DNA of 64,000 nucleotides from Octopus sinensis (taxonomy: Eukaryota): positions 189,906,001 to 189,970,000 of the forward strand of contig NC_042997.1 of the NCBI RefSeq assembly GCF_006345805.1, written 5' to 3'. Within the stretch, counting starts at the first letter, position 1. Each line of letters starts with the position of its first letter. Below are positions 13,177 to 26,970 of this stretch, in pieces. The translations under genes and the position numbers were made by a program. The notes under the pieces are model-generated. The model was given only the letters and a program-made list of their open reading frames with translations, ran no database searches and was not told where the DNA came from.

Positions 13177-13829
13177 AAATATACATTACAACAGTTGTAA
13201 ACTAATAATCATCGAGAACAAAATCAAATACACTAGTTGTTTTGGTTATTGGCTTGGTTCGGAGAAAGGGATTGTGTTCATTTACATCGCTTCCAAAGCG
13301 CTCTGAACCCGATTAAATGGCGATGGTTTTAGGCAGTGCGTTCTTCTAATAATATAAGTCTATATCTTATAAAATAACAATAAAACATCGCCTAAACAAG
13401 ATTTTTTGAACAATCTGCTGTAAAGTGAATCACCATAACAAATTAATTATTAGTAGCACGATTTTAACATTTTTTAGAAAGGACAAAGATTGATCTTTTG
13501 GTCTAAAAAGAATAAGACTGATCGATCGAATTCAACAGAATATATCAAACCCTTTTTTTTTCTTTTTTCATCTTTCTTTTCCAGCGTTGGTTGCCTCTGG
13601 ATATTTCTTTCCGATATCGCTTTACGAGTTACTTTTGTTTTGCAAATATCAACCGACAGACGTTCTAACTTAATAATGTCAAATGTGTGAGGGTCTAGGA
13701 AGCTTGTGATTTTTTTCTTCTCATTTTCATCTAACTAGCCATTGCAAAATCAGTAGCTCTATAGGCGCAGTCAGAAGCACCCAAATAACTAAATGGGCAA
13801 TCAAGTGGTATGTTCTTCAGAAACACAAA

Positions 13830-13870
<41 letters not shown>

Positions 13871-13939
13871 TTCACTGAAATTTAGATATATACATTACGA
13901 GTCGAGACAAGTATCGTCAGCTGACCGGTGTCTGCTACT

Positions 13940-13982
13940 CTAGGCCGACGAAGGACAATCATCCTGAAACACGTGTCCTTAG
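13940..13982 (+). ncRNA. Minimal type I hammerhead-like motif with CCGACGA core and GUC site
   Basis: ctagg-CCGACGA-agga/caatca/tcct-GAAAC-acgt-GTC-cttag; stem I 5 bp (one G-U), stem II 4 bp, palindrome acacgtgt. Confidence 0.65.
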
Positions 13983-14251
13983 ATGCAGCCCGGGCGGCTG
14001 GGGGTATTTGTCTCCCCTTCGTAAATGTATATAAGGACACAGGAAAAATGTGTCAAAGCCATCAGGAGGCGTCGATGCTTCCTAGGGCTAAACAGCGGTG
14101 GTGTACCCCCTACTGTCACGTTCGTGTTAGATTGACAGTATACAACCATTCTATCACCCCACCACCGTACATGTCTCTACGAGAGATTTAGAGATTTAGT
14201 ATTTCTGATTTTGATAATCAGTGAATAGACTTCACTGAAATTTAGATATTG

Positions 14252-14456
14252 TTGATAGATCGTTAGCTCCTACACGCATTTTTTTCTCTCCTTGTTTCTC
14301 TCCTTGTTTTTTTCTGTGTATCTTTCTGTCGAAGAGCGTAGGCTCGAAACGTAAAAGACTTTTTCTATTCCTGAGCGCTATACTAGTACATTTGTTTGTT
14401 TGTACTTCACTGACCTTCGTCTTTGTTTACTTTTTTTTTTTCGTAAACTTTCCCTG
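14252..14456 (+). mobile_element. HH-1 element copy (HHR-like motif 14321-14358, core CUGUCGA)
   Basis: tcttt-CTGTCGA-A-gagc/gtag/gctc-GAAAC-GTA-aaaga; followed by (TA)n. Confidence 0.8.
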
Positions 14457-14476
14457 TATATATATATATATATGTG

Positions 14477-14511
<35 letters not shown>

Positions 14512-14908
14512 GTATCTGCATATGTATATGTCAGTGTGAATGACTGTTACCCGTCTGAAGTAATAATCCTATCATTTTAAGGAGTCCTGTCATTCACACA
14601 CACACACACACACATATATATACACATAAACAAACGCACACACATACACAACCGTATACACGCACGTGCATACACGTACACACACTTGCACGCACACACA
14701 CGCACATAAAGCACATAGCACAACACAATACAGGCACTCCTCTTCTCCAAAATAGCTTGGATTGCCGCTAGGCAATCTTCCGTTCCTCTCTACATACTGT
14801 GGTCTTAGCGTGTGAATAGGTGTATGGTACATTAATCTCTCCTATCTTTTGGCCTTGCCCGCGATATCACTGACCAGTCACACACTTCCATACACCTACA
14901 CCCTGCTC

Positions 14909-15329
14909 CTTTACTCTTTTACTCTATTACTCTTTTACTTCTTTCAGTCATTTGACTGCGGCCATTGCTGGAACACTGCCATTAGTCGAACCAATCGTCC
15001 CCAGGACTTATTCTTTGTAAGCCTAGTACTTATTCTATCGGTTACTTTTGCCGAACCGCTATGTTACGGAGAGGTAAACACACCAGCATCGGTTGTCAAG
15101 CGATGTTGGTGGGACAAACACACACACACAGACACACACACACACACATATATATATATACACATACGACGGGCTTCTTTCAGTTTCCGTCTACCAAATC
15201 CACACACAAGGCTTTGGTCGCCCCAAGGCTATAGTAGAAGACACTTGCTCAAGGTGCTATGCAGTTGGAATGAACCCGTAACCATGTGGTTCGTAAGCAA
15301 ACTACTTACCACACAGCCACTCCTACGCT
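14909..15329 (-). mobile_element. SINE family A
   Basis: Reverse complement of 6318-6748. Confidence 0.85.
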
Positions 15330-15854
15330 TGTTTATGAAGCACATTTGTCGCCAATGTTTGCCCAGACTTTTCTCCAAACTGACCCTCAAATATATACTG
15401 AAGCTCATTCGAGTTGCAAGAAGCAGTAGAATGATGCTTATTCCCTGTCTATCTCTTGAAAAATTCCTCAAGCAAGGAGGTTTTTCTTTTTGCAACATGT
15501 CTCTCACACGATTTATTATTGTTTTGTATTCCTATAATTGTTCCCTGCCCACATTTTACCCCTAGGTTCCGTAACTCTCACACAAAACGAGGCTGTTGAG
15601 GAAACTATAATAAATTACACGAAGAATGAATGTTTGGAAAAATATAATGAAGGAAAATTAAAATGAAGGAAAAAAATATTTTCTTTTTCACTCCCGGCTA
15701 ATGGAGTGGACACAGATTTTCCAAAGCCATTTCTTCGCAAATAAAAAAAATTAACAGTTTTTCATTCAAGTGAATGTGATAAAAATCAATTGTTTCGGGA
15801 ACTCTGTTGCAAATGTCCCTTTATAGCAAACAAGAGAAAAAAAATATTGATTAC

Positions 15855-16235
15855 AATTTTTGGTACATCGCCAGCAACTTTCAGAGGATGAGGTAAAGTG
15901 ATTACTCAACTTCAGTGCCCAGGCGGAACCCTTTTTATCGTCCCCGAAAGGATGAAAGGCAAAGCTGAACTCGGCAGATCGAAAGAAATGCCTCTAAGAA
16001 TTTTCTCGATGCGCTAACGAATCTGCCAGATCGCCGGCAAATTTTGGTACAAGGCCAGCTATGTTTAGGAGGATGGGGTTAGTTGATTACATCGACCTTA
16101 ATACGTAATTGCTCCTTTAGACTCTCGCCCTGAAAAGATGAAAATCAAAATTTATCTCGATGGGATTTCAGTTTAGAACGTAAAACGCCGTAAGAAATGC
16201 GGCTAAGCATTTCGTCTGAGGCAGCTCGCTGCCTC
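15855..16235 (-). mobile_element. Degenerate tandem SINE family B fragments
   Basis: cccgaaaggatgaaaggcaaag and gctaagcatttcg segments. Confidence 0.65.
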
Positions 16236-16236
16236 A

Positions 16237-16286
<50 letters not shown>

Positions 16287-16817
16287 GTCTGTGTCCGTAT
16301 AGCATTTGCAAGGGAGGTCATTGCTCCTATCTTTAGACTTAAGTGATACTCACACACCTAGGTTACTAGGTGGTTACCTGTCTTCAACGCGAGAAAATCA
16401 CAAGCTAGCTACGAAAGCTCTCTCCACTCGCAAATACCATATATTCTTTAAGCGACATCCAGCCACTGATCTCTTATAGAGAAAAACAATTTGTTTTAAA
16501 TCTCTGAGCGATAGATATACAGTAACGGTACCGAATGGTAAAATTTATATGCCAACAGAATGTGGCCATCCTATAAGGACAATGTTCATTGACACCAGAA
16601 AATTTAATGAAATTTTGTTTCTCAATAAGAGATCAGTCACTGTGTGTCTCTTAAGGAATATATAGAATTTGTGAGTGGAGAGAGAGCTTTCGCTGCTAGC
16701 TTGTGGTTTTCTCACACTAAGGACGAGTAACCACCCAGCAACCTAGGTCTGTGAGTATCACATAAGGTTAGAAATGGGTGCGATGACCTCCCTTGTAAAT
16801 GCTATACGGACACAGAC
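16287..16817. mobile_element. Fold-back/MITE-like element with ~205-bp diverged inverted arms
   Basis: 16287-16492 is an imperfect reverse complement of 16610-16817 (gtctgtgtccgtatagcattt...gagaaa); ~120-bp spacer; no TSD found. Confidence 0.7.
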
Positions 16818-17014
16818 TGTGTGTGTCGATGGCCAGCGGGAAAAGATATTTTCCTGAGGCTAAAGCAATAGTAAGACCGTCCTTTATAGAACTGCCACAT
16901 TCTGTTGGCATATAAACTTTACTACTACTACTAATAATAATGGTATTAGTAATATCGATATTAGTTGTAATGGCGACAGCAGGAAAAAGGCAACAGTAAT
17001 AATGTTAATTAAGT

Positions 17015-17147
17015 ATAACGATGACGATGACGACGATGCTGTTGCTGCTGATGATGAGAGTGGTGATGATGATAACAAGAACACCACTAACACCCACCAA
17101 CCACCATCACCGCTACTACTACTATTACTACTACTACTACTACTACT

Positions 17148-17178
<31 letters not shown>

Positions 17179-17327
17179 TACTACTACTAGTACTACTACT
17201 ACCACCACCACCACCACCACACCACCAACCACCACCACTACACTACTATACTACAACTACTACTACTATTAACTATACAATTACTACTCATAATAATAAA
17301 CATAATGATGATGATGATGATGATAAT

Positions 17328-17366
<39 letters not shown>

Positions 17367-17735
17367 TAATAATAATGATAATAAAATAATGATGATAATA
17401 ATAATAATAATAATAATTAATAAAATAATAATAATAAATAATAAATAATAATAATAATATATAATAATAACCATAGTAATAATAACAATAGTAATAATAA
17501 CAATAATTTATAAATACTAAAGATGTTCATAATTTGTTGCAGATGGTAAATCTAGCAAATTTGCTGAGTTACAGGTCATAATCAAGTCTACTTTGGTTTT
17601 ATGGCGAAGTGATGGGGAGAAGAAGAAGAAGAAGAAGAAGAAGAAGAAGAAGAAGAAGAAGAAGAAGAAGAAGAAGAAGAAGAAGAAGAAGAAGAAGAAG
17701 AAGAAGAAGAAGAAGAAGAAGAAGAAGAAGAAGAA
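17015..17735. repeat. Cluster of trinucleotide microsatellites (GAT, CTA, CCA, TAA, GAA)
   Basis: Includes a long perfect (GAA)n run at about 17620-17733. Confidence 0.95.
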
Positions 17736-18298
17736 ACAAACAAAAAAAAAACTGCAATCCAATATTCATACCGAATGAACAAAAAAGAAACAAAAAAAAA
17801 ACTAAAACAAAAACAAATAATATATTTTTTCTTTCATCTTTCATAGTCCAATTATTTGGGTATGTTCACATAAGAATGAAGTCCTGGAAATGTCGTAATG
17901 TGTGTTAGTAGTTACTTTGGTTATTAGCTGAGCAGCGCGAAGCATTATTAACCAATTAGCTCCTTTTACGAAATAATTCACTATGTTACATTGGATGGTC
18001 GTATAAGAAGTATTTATTTGATTAAAGTATGTAGATGTTGGATAATTAACTGGAGAAAAAAAATAAACATACAAATGATTATCGTGGAAGTTATGCGTAA
18101 AAATAAAAATAATAAAGAGAACCGGCATCAGCAGCAGCAGCAACTGTAGCCGCAGCGGTAGCAATATCAGAAACAGCAGCAGCAAGGCAGCAATAATAGT
18201 AGCAGCAGCAGTCGTGGTAGTAGTAGTAGTTGTATATCTTTGAAATGAAGAATTCTGCGATAAACTATTTGATATTTTTGTCAATATTCAAAGACGTT

Positions 18299-18838
18299 AA
18301 AGCGGCGAGCTGGCAGAATCGTTAGCGCGCCGTGCGAAATAGTGGTATTTCGTCTGCTGCTACGTTCTGAGTTCATATTCCGCCGAGGTCGACTTTGCCT
18401 TACATCCTTTCAGTATCGAAAAATTAAGTACCAGTGAAACACTGGGATCGATGTAATCGACTCATCCCACCCCACAAAAATGGCTGCCTTTGTGGAAAAA
18501 TTTGAAGCCATTATTATTATTAGTATGAAGGCGGCGAGCTAGCGGAATTGTTAGCACACCGGGCGAAATGCGTAGCCGTATTTCGTCTGCCGTTACGTTC
18601 TGACTTCAAATTCCACCGAGGTCGACTTTGCCTTCCATCCTTTCGGGGTCGATAAATTAAGTACCAGTTACGCACTGGGGTCGATGTAATCGACTTAATC
18701 CCTTTGTCTGACCTAGTTTGTCTCCTCTGTGTTTGGCCCCTTGTGGGTAGTAAAGAAATAGGTATTTCGTGCGTCTTTACGCTCTGATGTTCGAATTCCG
18801 CCGAAGTCGACTTTGCCTTCCAACCTTTCAGTGTCGGT
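18299..18838 (+). mobile_element. Two adjacent SINE family B copies with different tails
   Basis: 18299-18520 ends in a ccc...aaaatttgaagcc-(att)n tail; 18528-18838 has the 184-bp unit plus part of a second unit. Confidence 0.8.
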
Positions 18839-18859
18839 AACTCTCTCTCTCTCTTTCTC

Positions 18860-19240
18860 TCTCTCTTACCTGTTTCAGCCATTTGACTGCGGCCATCCTG
18901 GAGCACCGCCTTTAGTCGAGAAAATCGACCCCAGGACTTATTCTTTGTAAGCCTAGCACTTATTCTATCGGTCTCTTTTGCTGAACCGCTAAGTTATGGG
19001 GACGTAAACATACAACCATCGGTTGTCAAGCGATGTTGGGGGACAAAGACACACAAACATATACACACACATACATATATATGACGGGCTTCTTTCAGTT
19101 TCCGTCTACCAAATCCACTCACAAGGCTTTGGTCGGGCCGAAGCTATAGTAGAAGACACTTGCCCAAGGTGCCACGCAGTGGGTATGAACCCGGAACCAT
19201 GTGGTTGGTAAGCAAGCTACTTATCACACAGCCACTCATG
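18860..19240 (-). mobile_element. SINE family A
   Basis: Reverse complement of 6318-6748. Confidence 0.85.
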
Positions 19241-19519
19241 CATCAGCTGAGGTCGCTGTAATTGATTTATCCTCTCTCCTAAATTCTGAAATTCCTGGCT
19301 TTGTAACAAAACTTAACATCAATATTAGAAGACGTTCATTTTCTCTTTCACATTGTTTTTGTTTCTTCATGTATTCTCTCTATGGTCTGTCTTCATCTCC
19401 ACTTCTTTGACCTTTAGTTTTCTCCTCATTTATCCTCTCCTTTCTACATGAATGCAACTGAGAATAAAGTCACTATGATGAATTATTTCTGAAATATATG
19501 GGGGAATATCGTTAAGAAA

Positions 19520-19700
19520 TTCATCGCTAGCCACTAAACCTTTTTTTATTTTCTCTCTCTGTTTGCTTCTGTGTTCCTTTCTGTCGAAGTGCGTAGGCCC
19601 GAAACATAAAAAGCTTTCTCTCTTTCCAAGCGTTAAACTAATATATCTGTTTGTTGTTTACACAACCGTCTTCGTCTTTTGTGCTTTTGTAAATTCGCAT
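19520..19700 (+). mobile_element. HH-1 element copy, HHR motif decayed (19577-19613)
   Basis: cttt-CTGTCGA-A-gtgc/gtag/gccc-GAAAC-ATA; stem II mismatched. Confidence 0.7.
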
Positions 19701-19825
19701 TTCACAATTACGTCGTTTGGAGTTATTCTTGAATAATGGTTTTCTGTAGCCTTTGGACGAAACGATGTTTTGTGAGTGAAATTAGTAGACAAAAACCAAG
19801 TTGTGTTCATTTAGTAAACTTAGAA

Positions 19826-19965
19826 GATGGCGAGCTGGCAAAATCATTATCATGCTGACGAAAATGCTTAGCGGCCTTATTTTCTGATTTCCAGCCAATT
19901 TCTGGGGTCAATGTAATTTATCAACCCGGCCATGAAATTGCTGGACTTAAGCCCAAATTTGTAAC
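19826..19965 (+). mobile_element. Degenerate SINE family B
   Basis: ggcgagctggcaaaatc head and ggggtcaatgtaat segment. Confidence 0.55.
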
Positions 19966-20341
19966 CATTTTATATTTTATTTTACTTTCGCATGTGACTA
20001 GTATATAATACATGGACTACTTAGAATATGTCGTACATCAGATTTGTATACTATTCCATAACAGTCTACGTGATTTCATTCTCTTACACTCATTTTTCAC
20101 CAGTCTCCAATGCTTCTATTACTTATTTTCGACGGCTTTAACAAATATGTAAGCTGATAAGCAAATATACGTATACATGTTATAAAAGAATGTCTGAAGT
20201 AATTAGGAGAGTATCTTATATTCTTCGTCTGTTATTTTCACAGTTTGAACAATTGTTTAAATATAGACGAGAATTGATGCATAGAAATATGAAATATATT
20301 TTAATTACTAGCTAAGATTGTTTTCGTATAAACAATACGAC

Positions 20342-20344
<3 letters not shown>

Positions 20345-20384
<40 letters not shown>

Positions 20385-20509
20385 GTAAGTATGTATGTAA
20401 GTATGTATGTATGTATGTATGTATATATATATGTATTATGTATGTATGTATATATATATGTATATATATATGTATGTATGTATATATATATATATATATA
20501 TACGTATAT

Positions 20510-20595
<86 letters not shown>

Positions 20596-20623
20596 GTGTA
20601 TTCATTATATATATATATATGTA

Positions 20624-20671
<48 letters not shown>

Positions 20672-20720
20672 AACATACAAACACAAGCACACACGTGTGC
20701 GCGCGTGTGTGTATTTACAT
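20345..20720. repeat. (TA)n/(TATG)n/(CA)n compound microsatellite
   Basis: Direct reading; accounts for the overlapping YI/VC-rich ORFs. Confidence 0.95.
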
Positions 20721-21954
20721 ATGTATGCATGCGAACAATAGTTGCAACAGAAATGGAATATTTTGCAATCATTCATATTCGGTATAATTTATTTACTTCC
20801 GGCGTCTTAAGGGACGAAATAAATTCTCAATCACTCGTCTGATGTTTTCTTCATAAACATAAAAGTTTGTGTCCATATTTCAAATGCAGGAATGGAGACT
20901 TCCTTCGTCATGATGGAAAGCTCCTTTGCTTAGACCGGAAACACTATAGGGGCGTTTGGCGTAATTTTTACTCCCAAATCACTATTCAAACAAATAAGCC
21001 AATTAACATACGTGTATGTATTCATATATATATAGAGAGAGTGAAGGATGAAGAGACATAGGCAAAACAACCTATATTTTGTCGAACTAATGGATATGGC
21101 TTAAATCTGTGTGGCTATAAATAAAGACATATATATATATATATACCTATATATGAATACACGCTCATACAAACTTACACACACACACACGCACATACAC
21201 ATATATATATATATACGTACATACATATATAATATATATGTGTGTTTTTGTATATAATATATATGTGTGTTTTTGTGTGTGTGTGTGTGTGTGCACGAAT
21301 ATAATTAGACAGCACCGTTTAGCATGTTTGAGAAGCACTTTAGACTGTAATAGTTTTAAGTTACAAGTTTTTTTTTGTGAAATTTGCAAAGAAATTGATT
21401 TAGCTCTTGTTTACGGTTACCATCAACAATTAGCTTTTTATCTATATAACACAGAAGACAGATGGGAGAATCCTTTAGAGAATACATTCAGGAGAATTTC
21501 TCTAGCGTTAAGCTTTGCAATAAATTAACCCAAAGCATGTAGAGCAAAGCAGTTGCCAAATAACATCGAAAATATCTTTAAGTGAAACGCTAGTAATTTC
21601 AGCTTTGGCTGTTACGGTTTCACTTTTAAACAACGAAGTATCTAACCTTAAAATACTGCTCCCCCTCTCCTTTGCTATTTCCGTCATTGCTAACGCCAAA
21701 TAACAACCACTAGAGTGAATATGGAACTGTATTTTCGTTGTAATGATAATTATATTTTCGAGTTGTTAAATGAAGGTTGTTAAATGCAGAATTTAACAAT
21801 ACATGGATAGCAAAAATCTAACAAATGTTTTCTCTCTTTTTTGGCTATAGAAATCACATATAATATAAATTGTTTTTTCTCTCTCCCTCGCTCTCTCTCT
21901 ACCTACCTATCTACCTGGCAGCATCTCTGTCTGTCTAACTGTTTTTTCTTTCTT

Positions 21955-21987
<33 letters not shown>

Positions 21988-22869
21988 ATATCTATCTGTC
22001 TGTCTAGTTAGAACTTCACTCGTTGTTGAAAGAATTCAAATAATTAAAAAGAGTAACATATATACATATATATACACAAGATGATATGGAGCCCAACTAG
22101 ATTTGAACGCAGAATGTAAAGGTGGTAACAATGAGTATAAGATATTTGTGTAGGCCAAACCAGACTGTCACCAATTGCCTATAGTTGGCAGTTTCTTTTT
22201 AGCGTGGAACCATATTCCTTGCAATATCTCGTTGATACACGTTTTGATCGGATTTCAAATCTTATCCTTCCGACATCGATGAGCTACAAGTTAAGTTCCG
22301 GGCGCGATTAAATTAGCGCCAGGATATCAGGTCTTTTTCTTTTGTTACAAATAATGTTTGTTATATTATTAGTTGTTACCACATGAACGAAACCACAGAT
22401 TTGAGAGCAGGATTTAGTCGATTCATCTTGGATTGATATATGTATTTTATCGACCTTAAAATGAATGTTGATCTCGGTGGTATTTGAATTCATCGTCCAA
22501 AGTTAAATTACAAAGCAATTAGTTTTGCGTTCTACAGATTCTAACAAGTCACCGTCTTTGTTCAATCTATAATATAATAATGATATTTATAATAACAATG
22601 TTGATATTGTGATGACTTGTATGTTCATTCTTAATGTGTTCCGGCTGATTCGAACATGAATGTGCTAATTGCTATTGTGTTTCATCACTGGAGAATATTT
22701 TCTCCTTTCAGTCAAATGGATGTTCATAACGTAATCGATTCATCAGCGTAAGGAGACTTTGAGACACACGGTGTTTCGACATCGATGTATCTCGTCAGGG
22801 AAAGACACTCTGGGCTAATGAATCTAACAAGAGATTTCTGTTCTTGGTTATAACGTCAGTAAAGTAATT

Positions 22870-23085
22870 ATTAAGGTAGTGAGCTAGCAGAATTGTTATT
22901 ACATTTCTTAACGGCATTTCTTTCGAGTTTTTACGTTCTGTGTTCAGATATTGTTGAGATCAAATTTACTCACTATCCTTTCGGGAGCAATAAAATAAAG
23001 TACCAATCAATTATTTGGTCAATTTAATCAATTGACCCCTCCCCACAAAATGTTAGGCGTGGTGCCTATAGTAGTAAGAATCATT
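22870..23085 (+). mobile_element. Degenerate SINE family B
   Basis: aggtagtgagctagcagaat head and atcctttcggg...taaaataagtacca core. Confidence 0.6.
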
Positions 23086-24436
23086 TATCTGGAACCAAAG
23101 CACAGTAGTAATTAGTCTTTGGTTGACATCTGACTCCAATACAATGGAACGGCTCTGTGTGTTGCAGAGAATACTTTATTGCATTTGAATGCGTATGGTT
23201 CGCTGAATTTATTTTAAAAGCAATACACAACAGAACGACAGACTGCCTTAGCTATACTTAGTTACATCCCTTTACGTTCTGAGTTCAAATCCTAACGGCG
23301 CCGATTTCGGGCTGCCACCTACGGCGATTGACAAAATAAAAGTAGCAGTAAAAATAAAGGCTTTGACTTAATTCACTATAACCCTTTACCAGAATGTGAT
23401 GGGTTTGTGACAAGGCTAGACATATTCGTTTTACAGTTTCTCTGATAAAATTATGTAATCTTACACATCCCATTCTTTGATGTCCCGAGAGAAGTAAGTC
23501 ATACAACACCATAAAATAAAACAATCTTAACGCATATTTATTTACAATAGTTTTATTATCAGTCTGCTTCTTTTTAGAGAGAGAAGAGAAAGAAGTTAGA
23601 GAGTACCGTGCAGAGTGAGAAACAAAATACGAAGAGAACAAGAAGAAAAGCAACAAAAATTTGGAGGAGAACAGCGGGAGTTGATACAGAAAGATTGGGT
23701 GGTATGAATTCTAATTCAATAAAAAGAATCCCGCCCAAGGCGCTAACACTGTTTGTATATTCAGCCTATTTACATATATTTTTATTTCTCATACATAGAA
23801 ATGTAATAATCTAATAACAGTTTAATCTTTTTAATTCGATAAATTAATTGTTGAATTGTTTGACTAAAGAATCATACAATAAAATGTAATATACTATAAA
23901 AATTATTACAACGAAATTAGTTGGCAGAGGTTATCCCCCACTGTTATTTCTATAAATAAGAAAACAATGACGAAATTTAAGCTGGTCTGAAAAAAATAAT
24001 CGAATTGTAGTCTGTAGAGAAAAATGCAAAGGGCATTATAACAAAACAAAATATTCGATGACATCACAGAAGTATAGAATTCTATTCGAGATGGGAATAA
24101 CGGGTGTGAAGAAGTAAATACTGTAAACCAAACACTCGACTGCCTAGCAATATAAATGCGATTACGAGTCTCAAATGGTTTTCGCATTACGTTTATTCAT
24201 TCGCACATGCACATTTGCGCGCGTGCACACACACAAACACACATACACAAACACGCACACACACGCACACACTCACACACACACACACGCATTCACACAC
24301 ACACACACATGCAAACAGAAACTGAGACACACGCATATATAAAAAATTGACGATAGCCAGAACTCACAAATGTCGATATCTGTCGTTCACGTTCACTTCC
24401 GGAGTGATCTTGTTTCACCTTGCTTTGAGATATATA

Positions 24437-24840
24437 CTCTCTTTTACTCTTTTACTTGTTTCAGTCATTTGACTGCGGCCATGCTGGAGCACCGCCTTTA
24501 GTCGATCAAATCGAGCCCGGGACTTATTCTTTTTAAAGAACAGTACTTATGCTATCGGTCTCTTTTGCCGAACCGCTAATATACGGGGGACGTAAACACA
24601 CCACCATCGGTTGTCAAGCGATGCTAGGGGACAAACACAGACACACAAACACACACACATACATATAAATACATATATACGACAGGCTTCTTTCAGTTTC
24701 CGTCTACCAAATCCACTCACAAGGCATTGGTCGACCCGGGGCTATAGCAGAAGACACTTGCCCAAGTGCCACGCAGTGGGACTGACCCGGAACCATGTGG
24801 TTGGTAAGCAAGCTACTTACCACACAGCCACTCCTGCGCC

Positions 24841-24842
<2 letters not shown>
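24437..24842 (-). mobile_element. SINE family A
   Basis: Reverse complement of 6318-6748. Confidence 0.85.
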
Positions 24843-24872
<30 letters not shown>

Positions 24873-25173
24873 ATATATATATTATTTTTTTTTTTTTTTT
24901 TAACACTAAACGCCTCTAAAGGCACCTCACACGAAATAATACATCTACTAGCATTTAGCATCACACATATATTAAGAATATGATACTGATAATGTCTGCT
25001 TAATTCATCTACTTATAAAACATCAAAATTTAAATTCAAACACACACACACACACATTTATGACACTGGAGAGAGTAGCATTACATTTCTACGTTGTTCA
25101 CTTTTTCTCATGAGATCAGTGGGCCAATTGAGTAAACCGACCGCTAACATGTACATATATATATATATATATA

Positions 25174-25215
<42 letters not shown>

Positions 25216-25457
25216 CCTGGGGTATCAGTTTTATCAATGAAGGCACGAAATTGCGTTTGACACTCTGGCCGATAACTGATTAGGATTTGGTGACCTTCTG
25301 TGTCTGTTTCCCGTTTATTTGTGGAAATATTATAGTTTTTTTTAGCTATATATATATAGATACTATATATATATTATATATATATATAAAAATATAATAT
25401 AATATAAATAAATTATATATATATGCATATATACATACGTATATGCACATACTTACA

Positions 25458-25501
<44 letters not shown>

Positions 25502-26129
25502 GTGGTGTGTGCATAGTGGGCACAGGATGTCAGGAAACCTGTAGAACGAAAAAGTACGAAGCACAAGTACATGAAACATGAACTATTCTTTCGAACAACG
25601 AAAGACACAAGTGGAAACAAAAAGCAAATATAAAGAACGACCCTTCATCAGTTGTTGGCTGTTTCTCTAGTCTCGTATTTCGAGCATTTAACAACAATAT
25701 ACGCTTTCGATAAAACAGTAGCTGCCGCAAAACAAATTAAACAAAATTTGGGATTTTGCAGAGGATCAAAATAAGTAACACAAACAGGACAGCAAAAATA
25801 AATAGGAAGGGCTGCTAAGCCTAAGCGAATGCGTAAATCAAGCTAGGACAAGAGACAAACAAGAACACGTCTTCCTTGTTCCAGCTACAACAGAAAGAAA
25901 GAAAAATGTCCGATGGTCAAGTGGGAGCCATGTGAGCAAGAGTGGAAGAGTGAAGGAGAGAGTGACAGAGTAATAGGGTAGAATAGTGGGAGAAGAGGAG
26001 GTAAAAGTATAAGAGAGAGAAATACGAAAGAGCAAAAGGATTGTATAGAGTGTGCATTAGAATTATTAAGATAAAATTTACTTGGAAGAGGATGCGTGGC
26101 GTTAAATAATATAATATGTTGATATGTAT

Positions 26130-26340
26130 TAAGGCGGCGAACTGATAGAATCGTTAGCATACCGGGGAAAATGCTTAGCAGCGTTTTGTTCGTCTTTACA
26201 TTCTGAGTTCAAATTCCGCCAAAGTGTTCATCATTTCGAGGTCATGGAATTAAATACCAGTTGAACACGGGAGTCAATATAATCAACTTACTCCTACACC
26301 TCCAAACTTGCTGGTCGTGTGCAAAAATTTGAAACCAATA
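26130..26340 (+). mobile_element. SINE family B (short-tail type)
   Basis: aggcggcgaactgatagaatcg head, gagttcaaattccgcc B-box, aaaatttgaaacc tail. Confidence 0.7.
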
Positions 26341-26351
26341 TATTGAAATGT

Positions 26352-26660
26352 GTGGAGGCACATGGCCTAGTGGTTAGAGCAGCGGACTCGCAGTCGAGGG
26401 ATCGCCGGTTCGAATCTCAGACCTGGCGATGTGTGTGTTTATGAGCGAAAGACCTAAGCTACACGCGGCTACGGCAGAAGGTAATGGCGAACTTCTGCGA
26501 TTCTTTCGCCACAACTTTCTCTCACTCTTTCCTCCTGAATCTTGAAGCTCACCTGCGATGGACTGGCGTCTCGTCTAGGTGGGGAACCTATACACCAAGT
26601 AAACCGGGAAACCGGCCCTTATGAGCCAGGCGTGGCTCGAGTAGGAACATACAACAAAAC
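26352..26660 (+). mobile_element. SINE with head C-like and alternative tail
   Basis: tRNA-like A/B boxes (tggcctagtggttag, ggttcgaatc) and tail cctgcgatggactggcgtc shared with 12884-13176; imperfect flanking repeat aatat(a)tt(g/a)aaatgt. Confidence 0.8.
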
Positions 26661-26758
26661 AATATTAAAATGTATTATTTGAAGCACTCAAATTGTTGCA
26701 TTTCACTGTAAATCTAGGAAGTAGTTTAGCTCTGATTCGTTCCTCTCTCTTTACAGAG

Positions 26759-26798
<40 letters not shown>

Positions 26799-26970
26799 GC
26801 ATACACTTACACAAAAGCACACACGTGTGCGCAAAATCATATAGCGATACATACACATACAGAAAGCAAGAAAGCGGTATAAACACAGTAGTCGATTGGT
26901 TCGTATCAACCCTTTAAAGTAGTGCCCCAGCATGACCGCAATCCACGGTTTGAAAAAAGTATAATTACTT

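Noticed and set aside
15093-15281. Recurrent ORF MSSDVGG/MSSDARG (also 6351, 19023, 24611, 47464)
   Set aside because: Antisense reading of SINE family A; recurrence reflects SINE copy number, not a gene family.
17517-17908. Poly-R/K/F/S/L ORFs
   Set aside because: Six-frame readings of a (GAA)n microsatellite.
20308-20842. Long overlapping ORFs rich in Y/I/V/C/M (also at 7630, 34040, 37889, 48549, 55131 and others)
   Set aside because: Translations of (TA)n, (TATG)n and (CA)n microsatellites, which lack stops in some frames.
25640-25700. CTGATGA on the minus strand in a repeat-like segment
   Set aside because: No stem II followed by GAAA and NUH could be folded downstream.
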